Below are positions 41,001 through 53,000 of a DNA stretch of 64,000 bases, in pieces (positions within the stretch are counted from its first letter, which is position 1; each line of letters opens with the position of its first letter). The position numbers and the translations under genes are program-made. The stretch lies in NCBI GenBank assembly GCA_036785375.1, contig JAWMAR010000005.1:3596001-3660000 (forward strand), in the 5' to 3' direction. The notes beneath the pieces were generated by a model. It saw nothing but the letters and a program-made list of their open reading frames with translations, did not search any database and was not told the DNA's origin. Source of the stretch: Leucoraja ocellata (Eukaryota).

Positions 41001-44000
41001 GTATATCCCAATCCCAAATACTCATCAGTCAACCCCAGGTCATGCAGACCACTCCTGACAGATCATTGCAAAATTATCTTCAATGCCCCCAGGGCTTAGG
41101 GCATTGGAAGTACAAAATTCAACATCCAAATCTCAATATCCCAAGCCATGGTGCAATACTTTTAAATCATAAAACTATTGACATAACATTGCATAATATG
41201 CCTTCCCTTGGGATCAAGTTTCGATGTTTGCAATGGAATTAAATTCACTTCACTGGCAAAGACCATTTATTTCAATGATCCATGTTTTGTTGATGTGCCA
41301 AATGACCATTTTAGTTCATCTAACCCTATCCTTTCTCTCTCAATCACCAATACATAGCTGCTTCTTAAATATGCACAAGCCCTCAATGTTCCACATTCTC
41401 TGGGTAAGAGGTTTCTCCTGGATTTCCTGCAGGACCCCTCTCACCCTAACCATGGACTATTTGCCCTCCTCCCATCAGGGAGGCGGTACAGGAGCCTCAG
41501 GTCTCGCACAAGCAGGCTGAGGAACAGCTTTTTCAATAACATCATTACACTGCTAAACTCACAGTCCCGACCATAGCTATCTTCTATACTCTCCCATTTG
41601 TATACATTTATTTGCCTATGTACCAGTTTAATTCATCCACAGTGCACACATTGTTTAACCAGTATTTTAATTTCTACTATCTTGCACTCTGACCAAACGC
41701 TAAACTGCATTTCGTTGTAGCTGTACTCGTATTTGTAAGTGGCAATAAAGTTGAATTGAATTGAATTGAATGGAATTGAATTGAATTTACACGTACCTAT
41801 GTTTTACTTTCTTCCCCTAATGTTACCTCCCCATTATCCGGAAACATCTTGCTTACATCCACCCTTGCATAACTTTGAAGACCTCTGCCAGGATCAGTCC
41901 TCTTTTTCCTTCCACATAGTTACCCCACCTTTCAATTGTGGTGTTCCACACTGCATCAAAATTGCATCGATCCCCATTGCATCATTAATTTGATTGCAAC
42001 CCCACCGCATGAATTGCATCACCTATTCCCCAATGCATCAACTGCGCAGCCCAATGGCCTTGTACCTGCCTGCAGTGGAACAGGTGAGACGTTACCTTTG
42101 CAAGATGTTCCGCTGGCCCTGAGCTTCCAGCTCGGTGTCACCTTTCCTTTGCCGCAACGATGCCAAGCTTTGCTCCACCTGCTCTCTTCCTGCCGGGTTG
42201 ATTGACGGCAGTAGGTCCGGTACCAGGCGCTCCAGCAGCCCCATTTGGCTTGCGAACGTGGATTCTGTAGAAAAGAATTCCGTGTGTCTGCTCAAGGTCT
42301 CCTCTGATGCCTCCACATCCAAGCCCTCAGTCGCTTGCTGTAAGAGGGCGTTGGCATCCTCTAACCAGTCACCAGCAGACTGAACTGCCCATTGGTACTG
42401 CAGAATCATGCTTTGTACCTTGTCGAGGGACTGCTGGGAAATAAGAGGATGGAGAGAGGAAATGATCACAATCAACAAGGAACTGCAGATACTGGTTCAC
42501 ACAATAGGACACAAACAACAGTGGTGGATGCCCACAACGTCGCTTAGCCAGGCCGACACTGCAACGTCGCCATGACAATGGCCATTTATGGACAGCTGCA
42601 CTCGAAACAATTTGGACTTTGAAAATTGCGCCAGAATCTGGCGACTCTGGTATATTGTCTCAGTGGACTAGTGCTTGAGTAACTCAGCGGGTCGGGCAGC
42701 ATCTCTGTCGAACATGGAAAAAATGATGGTTCAGGTCAGGGCTCTTCTTCCGACTGATCAGGCTATTATCATCATCACTCCTATTGAACCAGTTGTCGGA
42801 AACAAGGAGGATCTTGTCCAGTGCAACTTCTAGCAAAAGGAATGCAAGATCTCCAATCTGTTGCTAGATTTACTTTAGTTAGTTTAGAGAGTGCCAAAAC
42901 AGGCCCTTAGGCCCACTGAGTCCACACCAGCCAGCAATCGCCCCATACACTAACTCTATCCTACACACTAGAAACAATTTACAAGTTTACTGAAGCCAAT
43001 TAACCTACAAATTTGTACGTCTTTGGACGGGAGGAAGCCAGAGCACTCGGGGAAAACCCATGCGGTCACAGAGGAGAACGTACAAACTCTGTACAGACAG
43101 CACCTGTAGTCAGGATCGAACCCGGGGCTCTGGCGCTGTAAGGCAGCAACTCTACCGCTGCACCACAATAAAGTGGTCAAAAGATTCCTCGTCTAATTCC
43201 TCGGTTTCATGTCATAAAGGAGCAATTCGTCAGAGTGGCCATGACAGAATGGAGTGACTACCGTGTTCAAGGAATATTCAAGAGAGGACAATAACAGCAG
43301 AGATACAAGAAAGGGAGATCATCGATACTAATGAAGTGCAGGCATAGTCTAATACTGGGAAATGAGTTGTAATGCTACAGAGAGGGCTGACAAGATCTAA
43401 CAACACTCCCAATACCAAGAGGAGGACTGAGATACTCTGATGATGGGGAGGTCAATATCCTTAATGGACCATGCAATATCCTAGCAGGAGGCACTGCTCA
43501 AAAAGGCAATGAATATCATCATTGATGCCCATTTCCCTGGCCATGTTCTCTTCTCGTTGCTATTATCAGGAGGAAGTCCCGGGAGCCTAGGACCATTACC
43601 TCCCGATGCTAGAACAACTTCTCCTCATCAGCCGTCATGTTCTACACACCCCCACCTCAGCACCAAATCATTACGGACTTTGAACTACTATAGTTGCTCG
43701 ACATACTTTGGTTTTTGCACGATCACGGCCTAGTTTACTTAGAATAACTTAAAATGTATTGCATATTTATTATTATTTTTGTTGCGTCTAGTGTGTCTGC
43801 AAAGCTGCAGCAAGTAAGAATGTATCTGTTACGGTTCATATCCGGAGTCTATGACAAATGAACATTTTATTTTTATGAATTAAAATGATATCTATATTTT
43901 AAATTTACAATCATTTGAGTTGATTATTCAACCTGTTTCTATCTCTAGCCTTTGTCCAACAACCTGGCCATCGGGGAACTTCTTCACCCGAGGTCATCTG

Positions 44001-47000
44001 TTGCTGTGATTTGATCGCCCCTTTCTCTCATCCACCTTTCTTTACTGCTCCCCCCCTGCAATCAGTCTGAAGAAGGGTTCTCGAGAGATGCTTCCTGACC
44101 CGCTGAGTTATAGTATTCCAGCAATTTGTATTTGTTTTTGTCAAATAAATACTCTTGATTATTGTCTGGGCTAGACACACGGTCTCTTGCCCAGTGTAGG
44201 GTAATCGAGAACCAGAGGACGTAGGGTTAAGGTGGGGGGGTGGGGGATGGGGGGAGAAAGATTTAATAGGAACCCGAGGGTGGAACCCTTTTCATGCGAA
44301 GGATGGTAGGTGTATGGAACGAGCTGCCAGAGAAGGTAGTTGAGGCAGGTACTATCGCAAGGTCTAAGAAACATTTAAACAGGTACATGGACAGGACAGG
44401 TTTAGAGGGATATGGGTCAAATGCGGGCAGGTGGGACTAGCCTAGATGGGACTTTATCAGTTAATTTATTCATGTTGGGCCGAAGGGCCTGTTTCCAAGT
44501 GTACAGTTTTGGTTTCCTAATCTGAGGAAAGACATTCTTGCCATAGAGGGAGTACAGACAAGGTTCACCAGACTGATTCCTGGGATGTCAGGGCTTTCAT
44601 ATGAAGAAAGACTGGATAGACTTGGCTTGTACTCACTAGAATTTAGAAGATTGAGGGGGGATTTTATACAAACTTACAACATTCTTAAGGTGTTGGACAG
44701 GCTAGATGCAGGAAGATTGTTCCCGATGTTGGGGAAGTCCAGAACAAGGGATCACAGTTTAAGGATTAGGGGGAAATCTTTTAGGACCGAGATGAGAAAA
44801 ACATTTTTCACACAGAGAGTGGTGAAACTCTGGAATTCTCTGCCACAGAAGGTAGTTGAGGCCGGTTCATTGGCTATATTTAAGAGGGAGTTAGATGTGG
44901 CCCTTGTGGCTAAAGGTATCAGGGGGTATGGAGAGAAGGCAGGTACAGGGATACTGATTGGGGATAATCAGCCATGATCATATTGAATGGTGGTGCAGGC
45001 TCGAAGGGCCGAATGGCCTATTCCTTCACCTATTTTCTATGTTTCTATGTGTGTATATATTTATACAATGGTATATGGACACACTGATCTGTTCTGTATT
45101 CGTGCCTACTATGTTCTGGTGTGCTAAAGCAAAGCAAGAATTTCATTGTCCTATCTGGTTCACATGTCAAAAAACGCTCTTGATCTTGGACATGTTGGCC
45201 GGTGTGGGCTAGTTGGGCCGAAGGGCCTGTTTCCAGGCTGTAAGACTCTATGACCCATGTTTTGTCATTTTATTGAGAGACATTGTTCTGATTAGTCAGC
45301 ATCGCGTCTCTTCCAATTCCCTTCCCCTCTGGCAGGTCGCATCTACCCAAGGTACTGACTAACCTTCTTGGTGCTCAGCATTTCCTGGACTTGGGCCTCG
45401 AGCTGGGCGAGCTCACTCAGGTTGGTCTCCACCTGTGGCGGCATCAGCTCCTTCGACTCGGAGTACTTGTCCTTCTCCTTGCCGCTCAACGCCGCCATGA
45501 TCCGAAGAGTTGACTGCACCTCCTCCTCCAGGATCTGGGACTTCCGTATCTCCTCCTGGATGCTCTGAAGCTTGACGTCCAGGTACGCGGCAACGCCGAG
45601 GTCCCCCTTGATCTTCCGCAGCCACTCGAGGGTGCGCTGGATCTCGGTCTGGAAGTCGATCCTCTGGACGAGCCTGCCCTCGCACTCTGTTATCCTCCCG
45701 CCGACTGTTCCCTGGGCCGTCTCCAGGGCCTCTCTCCAGGCCTGGATTTGCAGGCTTCTCGCCTGATGAGCGCCGCTCTCCAGCTCGGGCGAAAACTGTT
45801 CCACTTGCTCGATCAGCCTCTTCAGAAGGCAGCTGGTGGCCTGCACGCCTCCGGCCAGGGCGTGGTAGTTCTTCAGCTTCTCCTCGAGGGTGAGGGTCTC
45901 CTGGTTGGTCTTGGCCAGGCCCTCCTGCAGCGCCTGGAGCTGAGCCTCCAACTGCCGGGAGGTGGCCTCGTGCTCCAGGTAGGCCGAGACTGTGTCTCCC
46001 AGCATGGACACCCTCAGCTCGGTCTGGCGCTTCAGCCGGTTGTACAGGCTGCCCAGCCCCGCCATCTCGTCGGGCTGCCAGGGTTGTCCCGAGCTTCGGA
46101 AGGTCTCTTTCCTCTGGTTCAGCTCGTCCACCGCTTTGCCCAGTCCCACCACCTCGCCCAGCAGGGTGCGGTAGTCAGCCTGCACCGATGCTGCCTCCTC
46201 GGAGGAAAGCCTCAGCTTGCTTTTGCCCATCTGGACCAGCTGGTCCTCCAGCTCGCTCAAAGCCTTGCTGGTCATGTCGATGAGGGAGATGTACTCTTTC
46301 CTGCCCGCGATGGCCTCTTGGATCTTCTCCGACTTCTCCTTGGCCAGGCCGATGATGGCGTTGAACTGCTTGGGCAGGGCGTTGAGCTTCTCGTCCAAGA
46401 AGGAGTGGTCGGCCTCGCTGAGGGAAGGCAGGAGTTCCCGGCCGCTCCTCTGCACCAGGAGGAGCTGGTTCTCATACTCGGGGCACTGCTCCAGGAGGAG
46501 CTGGTACTTGGCCAGCTGGACACACAGCTCCGCGTCGCTGCTCATCAGGCTGGTCTGCGGGAAGGTCAGGATGTCGGCCTGCTTCAGCCAGTGGCACACC
46601 TTGTCCAGGTCGGCCTTGAAGTACTTCCTGGAGGCCAGGATCCTCTCCAGCCCCTGCAGCCGCTGCGCGCTCTTCTGCACCGCCGAGTCGTAGGCGGCCT
46701 GCAGCTCCTGCAGGTGGGTCATTATTTCTGTCGTCTCTTCCTCGGCCGCCTCCCGGGCCAGCTCCCTGCCCTGGGCCCAGAGAGCCGCCACGTCGGCCTG
46801 GTACTCTTTCAGGCTGGCGCAGGCGGCCTTGCAGGCCCGGATCTGCTTGGCGACGTCCAGCGGCATGAGGGCGACGTGCTCCGGGGTGGTGGCCGCCATC
46901 TCGGTCTGCCGGATCCAGCCGACGGCCGGGCCCAGCGCCATGAGGAACTGGGTGCGGTCCGACAGGGCCCGGCTCAGATACCTCCTCCGCTGCCCCACCG

Positions 47001-50000
47001 CCTCGCTCAGCGAGCCCATCCTCCCGTGCAGGGCGCCCAGCGTCTTCTGCAGCCGCTGCCGCTCGTCCAGGCCCAACCGGGCCAGGATCTTCTCCGCCTC
47101 CGTCGTGGCCGCGCCGTGGGCCAGCTGCTGCGACTCCAGCTCGCTGCAGCTGGCGATGTGGTCCAGCAGCAAGGTCTGGGCCAGCTCTGCCGGCGGGCTG
47201 CACCGCAGGGCCTCGGAGATAAGCCGGGTCTGACCCTCGGCCCAGTCCAGCAGGTCCTCCAGCTTGGACTGGCACTGGCTCAGCTCCTCCAGGGTGGTCA
47301 CGGAGACCTGGATCTTCCTCTCCAGCAGCTCCTCCAGTTGGGCCCACTGTTTCTCATAGTGGCTGGTCTGCTCCTTGATCAGCTCCTTGTCCTCAGGGTT
47401 CAGGCGCTCCATCAGCTTCTGCTTCTGCTCCTTCAGGTCATCCAGCACAAACCTCTGAGCCTGCACCGCGCTCGCCAGCTGCTTCAGGGCTTCCAGGAGC
47501 TCCGCTGTGCTCTCCGCGTCCGTTCTGTTGCAAAGAAACCAAGACAAGAAGGGTCAGAAGTGAGTGCAATTGCACGTAAAGGGCCTGTCCCACAAGCATG
47601 CGACTCCATGCGGCAAGCGCGACCTAAAGGGCCTGTCCTACGAGCATGCGACTCCATGTGGCAAGCACGACCTAACGTGGTCGCTTGAGCCATACGGCCT
47701 CGCGGGGCCAGTCCCACTTCAATCGCCAGAGCCATATGGAGTTGTGCGGAGCTGGTCCCGACATCGCGGGGGGCTCCGAAAAGATGACCGTATTCAAAAA
47801 TTCCGCGCGGCAATGGCCTGCCGGCCCGCAGCCACCTCGACGCTCGAACTTCATGTCACTCACACGACCTCCGCACGGCCCCCGCTTCTGGTTTGGTCGC
47901 GCTTGCCGCATGGAGTCACATGCTCGTGGGACAGGCCCTTTAGTCACAAAGTGCTGGAGTAACTCAGCGGGTCGGGCAGCATCTCTGAAGATAAGGAATA
48001 GGCGACTATTTCAGGTCAGAACCCCTCTTCGACTGCACCTTGTCTGAAGAGCAACCCAAGTTAACCTTCCCTGTCTTAATTAGGTTTTTCGGAACATTTC
48101 ATAATAAACTCACAAGGAAGTACTGGCTCAAAACTACTGCCAAAATCAGCAAAGGCCCACACCTCCCTATCCATGCTCTCATTTCATCAGGAAGAAGATA
48201 TAGAAATCTGAAAACCATGACCACCAGGTTCAAGAATAGCTTCTTCCCAGCAATCATCCGGCTCTTGAACACTACACAACACCAACCTTAGCCATGACCT
48301 TCTATGAACTGTCTTTGATTACACCAAAGAGTTTGGTGTAGTGTTGTCATTATTAGTTTATTAAATTTTTCTATATTATATATTATCTATGACATTGTTT
48401 ACAGGCCTGTTGTGCTGCAAGTAAGGATTTCACTCCTCCATTGTCAGAGTGAGGCCCAGAGTGAGACCCAGTCATAGTGAGGAACAGCACCTCATATTTC
48501 ACTTGGTAGACAAAAATGGTGAAGAAACTCAGCAAGTGAGGCAGCATCTATGGAGCGAAGGAATAGGTGAAGTTTCGGGACGAGACCCTTCTTCAGACTG
48601 AAGAAGGGTCTCGACCCGAAATGTCACCTATTCCTTCGCTCCATAGATGCTGCCTCACCCGCTGAGTTTCTCCAGCATTTTTGTCTACCTTCGATTTTTC
48701 CAGCACCTGCAGTTCTTCCTTAATCATATTTCGCTTGGGTAGTTTACACCACAGCGGTATGAACATTAACTTCTCTATCCTCAGATAGCCCTTGCTTTCT
48801 CTCTCCATCCCCCTTCCCAGTTATCCCACTAGTCTTATTGTCTCTGACTACATTCTATCTTTGTCCCGCCCCCTCCACTGACATCAGTCTGAAGAAGGGT
48901 CTTGACCCGAAACGTCATTCATTCCTTCTCTCCAGAGATGCTGCCTCACCCGTTGAGTTACTCCAGCATTTTGTGTCTATCTTGCAGTGTTTTAATAACC
49001 TGATGGCTGTTGGGAAGAAGCTGCTCCTGAACCCGGGCGTTACAAACTCCGACATATTCTTCCCGATGGCAGGAGTGAAATGAGTGTGTGGCCTGGATGG
49101 TGTGGGTCTCTGATGATGCTGGCTGACTTTTTGAGACGTCGCCTCCTGTAGATCCCTTTGATGGTAGGGAGGTCAGTATCCGTGATGGACTTGGCAGTGC
49201 TCAGAGATAATAGTATGAACAAAGTGTAAGATCTGGAGAGAGGGGATGTGGTGTGGATATTTCCACGAGTGGGAGAGTTCAGGACCAGAGGTCGTAGCCG
49301 CAGAATTAAAGGATGTTCCTTTGGAAAGGAGACGAGGAGGAATTTCTTTGGTCAGAGGGTGGTGAATCTGTGGAATTCATTGCCTCAGAAGGCTAAGGAG
49401 GCCAAGTTAATGGATAGTTTTAAGGCAGAGATTGGTAAATTCTTGATTAGTAATAGTGTCAGGGGTTACGGGGAGAAGGCAGGGGAATGGGGGTGAAGAC
49501 GGAAGGGTAGAGTAGCCATGATTGAATGGCGGAGTAGACTTGGTGGACCGAATGGTGTAATTCTGCTCCTATCACTTATGAACATCTAACTATCCCTCCA
49601 CTCACCTTCCTAGGTCGTCCCATTCTTTGGTGAACTTGTCCAAAAGCACTTCCACGATGCTCATTCGGTCTTGATAATCCCTGGCCCACTGCTGGTCCCG
49701 CTCCCTCATGGAGAGCAAGGTGTTGCTCTGATGGCACAACTCCAACCACTGGTTGCTCAAATGGCCAACCTCTGAGTGCTCGGGTGACTCAAGACCTTCC
49801 GTCAGGTTACTGATCTTCTCAGTGAGTGTTGTAATATTTACCTGCCTGGATTGGAGTTGATGGCCCAAATCCTGAAAATGACAAACACATACAATCCGTT
49901 GCAGTTGGGCGGCACGGTGGCACACAGGTAGAGTTGCTGTCTTACAGCGCCAGAGACCCTGGTTCGATCCTGACTTCGGGTGCTTGTCTGTACAGAGTTT

Positions 50001-53000
50001 GTATGTTCTCCCTGTGACCTGCATGGGTTTTCTCCGGGATCTCCGGTTTCCTTACACACTCCAAAGACGTACAGGTTTGTACGTTAAAATTGGCTTGGTA
50101 TAATTGTAAATTGTCCCCAGTGAGTGTAGGATAGTGTTAATGTGCGGATATCGCTGGTTGGCAGGGACTCGGTGGGCCGAAGGGCCTGTTTCTATGCTGT
50201 ATCTCAAAATATATATAAATAAAAACCAAAGAGTTATATAAGATGTTGGTGAAGCCGCATTTAGAGTATTGTGTTCACGTTCTGAGCACCAAGTTAAGGG
50301 AACGATGTCAAGTTGGAAAGGGTGCAGAGAATGTTTACAAGGATGTTGCTAGGACACGAGGGTGTGAGCTATAGGGAGCAGGCTAGGACTCTATTCCCTG
50401 GAGCGCAGAAGGATGAGAGGTGATCTTATAGAGGTTTTTTAAATTATGAGAGGAATAGATCGGGTAGACACACAGAGTCTTTTGCACATAGTAGCGAAAT
50501 TGAGAACTTGAGGTCACATATTTAAGGTGAAGGGGAAAAGATTTTATCGGAATCTGAGGGGTAACTTTTTCACACAAAGAGTGGTGTGTGTATGGAACGA
50601 GCTGCAGGAGAAGGTAGTTGAGGCAGGGACTATCGTAACGTTGAAGCAATTAGACAGGTGCATGGATGGGAGAGGTTTAAGGGGATAAGGGCCAAACGCA
50701 GGCAAGTGGGACTAGTGTAGTTGTGACATGTTGGTCGGTTGTGGGCAGGTTGGGCCGAATGGCCTGTTTCCACACTTTATAACTCTATACAATTTTAATC
50801 ACAGATTGAACACCGATTTTCTGGCATCCTTGGTTCCAGAGCCTTACAGGATTAGCCTTTTGTCTGGACGAATAGAGGTCACGTGATAATGAAACGACAA
50901 TAGTTTACATGGTAAATGGTAGGGAATTGAAGAATGCAGTTGAACAGAGGGATTTGGGAATATCCATGCATAGTTCCTTGAAGGTGGAATCTCATATAGG
51001 TAGGGTGGTAAAGAAAGCTTTTGGTATGCTAGCCTTTATAAATCAGAGCATTGAGTATAGAAGCTCAATGTAATGTTAAAATTGTACAAGGCATTGGTGA
51101 GACCAAACCTTGAGTATGGTGTACAATTTTGGTCGCCCAATTATAGGAAGGATGTCAACAAAATAGAGAGAGTACAGAGGAGATTTACTAGAATGTTGCC
51201 TGTGTTTCAACAACTAAGTTACAGAGATAGGTTGAATAAGTTAGGTCTTTATTCTCTGGAGCGCAGAAGGTTAAGGGGGGACTTGATAGAGGTCTTTAAA
51301 ATGATGAGAGGGATAGACAGAGTTGATGTGGACAAGCTTTTCCCTTTGAGAATAGGGAAGATTCAAACAAGAGGACATGACTTCAGAATTAAGGGACAGA
51401 AGTTTAGGGGTAACATGAGGGGGAACTTCTTTACTCAGAGAGTGGTAGCGGTGTGGAATGAGCTTCCAGTGGAAGTGGTGTTGGCAGGTTCATTGGAATC
51501 ATTTAAAAATAATTTGGATAGGCATATGGGTGAGACGGGAATGGAGGGTTATGGTATGAGTGCAGGCAGGTGGGACTAAGGGAAAAAAGTTGTTCGGCAC
51601 GGACTTGTAGGGCCGAGATGGCCTGTTTCCGTGCTGTAATTGTTATATGGTTATATGGTTATATGGTTAATAGATTCAAAAGATGTGGAAGTGAATGGCA
51701 TTGAGATAGAGATCAGCCATATCTAACTGAAAGAACGGGCCATTCACAGGGCAAGGCTAAATGACCAAGTGATAATTCTATAAAATGAAAACCTTTTACA
51801 ACAAATGACAACGTCTTAGGTCCCTCCACAGGTGCTGCCTGATCAGCTGAGTTCTTCCAGCACTTTGTGTTTTGCTCATGATTTTCAGAGAGTTGTGAGT
51901 CTGTGGAATTATCTGCCTCAGAGGGCGGTGGAGGCAGGTTCTCTGGATGCTTTCAAGCGAGAGCTAGATAGGGCTCTTAAAAATAGCGGCGTCATGGGAT
52001 ATGGGGATAAGGCAGGAACAGGATATTGATTGGGGATGATCAGCCATGATTACATTGAATGGCGGTGCTGGCTTGAAGGGCCGAATGGCCTACTCCTGCA
52101 CCTATTGTCTATTGATTGCAGCTACTGCAGTTCCTTTGGTCTCTATTGTGTTGAATGTATCTCAGTGAATCCCTTACCTGCACTTGGGCCAACAGGTTCT
52201 GGGCAATCTTCAGTTCCAGTTCTGCGGGTCTCCTCTTCAGGCTATGGAGCTGTTGCTCGGTGTCCAGGAAATACGCGGAGAGCTCCGTTTTGTGTCGTTT
52301 GATCTCCTCCCAGCCTAGGGCCAGCTCCTGTGACCTGACCAGGTGCTGTTCTATCTGTAATACAAGGCAGCCTTGCTTCACTGGATAGCCCCCAGCCGTC
52401 GCAGTAACATTGTGGTGGAGGGATGTGGAGAAGTGGTGAAGGGGGACAAGTACAAATCGATGAGGAAATGTCCCCAATGAATTCCTGTCCCACTCCAGCT
52501 ACTGGAGCCCAAACTCTCTGCTGAGAGTCTGATTCCATACGTTCGGAGTTCTGAATGTGGAAGGTGCCACATCCACTCGGGTCGGCACGGTGGCGCAGCA
52601 GTTGAGTTGCTGCCTTGCAGAGACAGAGACCCCGGGTTAGTTCCTGACTATGGGTGCTGTCTGTACGGAGTTTGTACGTTTTTCCTGTGACTGCGTGGGT
52701 TTTCCCCGGGTGCTCCGGGGTTTCCTCCCACACTCCAAAGACACACACATTTATAGGTTAATTGGCTTCGGTAAAGATTATAAATTGTTTCTAGTGGGTA
52801 GAATAGTGCTAGTGTGCAGGGTGATCGCTGGTCGTTGTGGATTCGGTGGGCCTAAGGGCCTGTTTCCACACCGTATTTCTAAACTAAGCCAAGCTAAACT
52901 AAGCTAAAACTGCCACAGATATTAGTTGATATTTTTTATGCTGGTTGGTATTTAGCACTAAACCAATATTTGAAGACAGGTCACACTTGCAGCTCTCCTT

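Noticed and set aside
46472-47347. 291-aa alternative-frame ORF on the - strand
   Set aside because: Gly/Ala/Pro-rich product expected from high GC3; no independent start or splice context.
45748-47688. 646-aa + strand ORF
   Set aside because: It is the antisense shadow of the GC3-rich SYNE1 giant exon, runs into a MITE, and has no recognisable domain.
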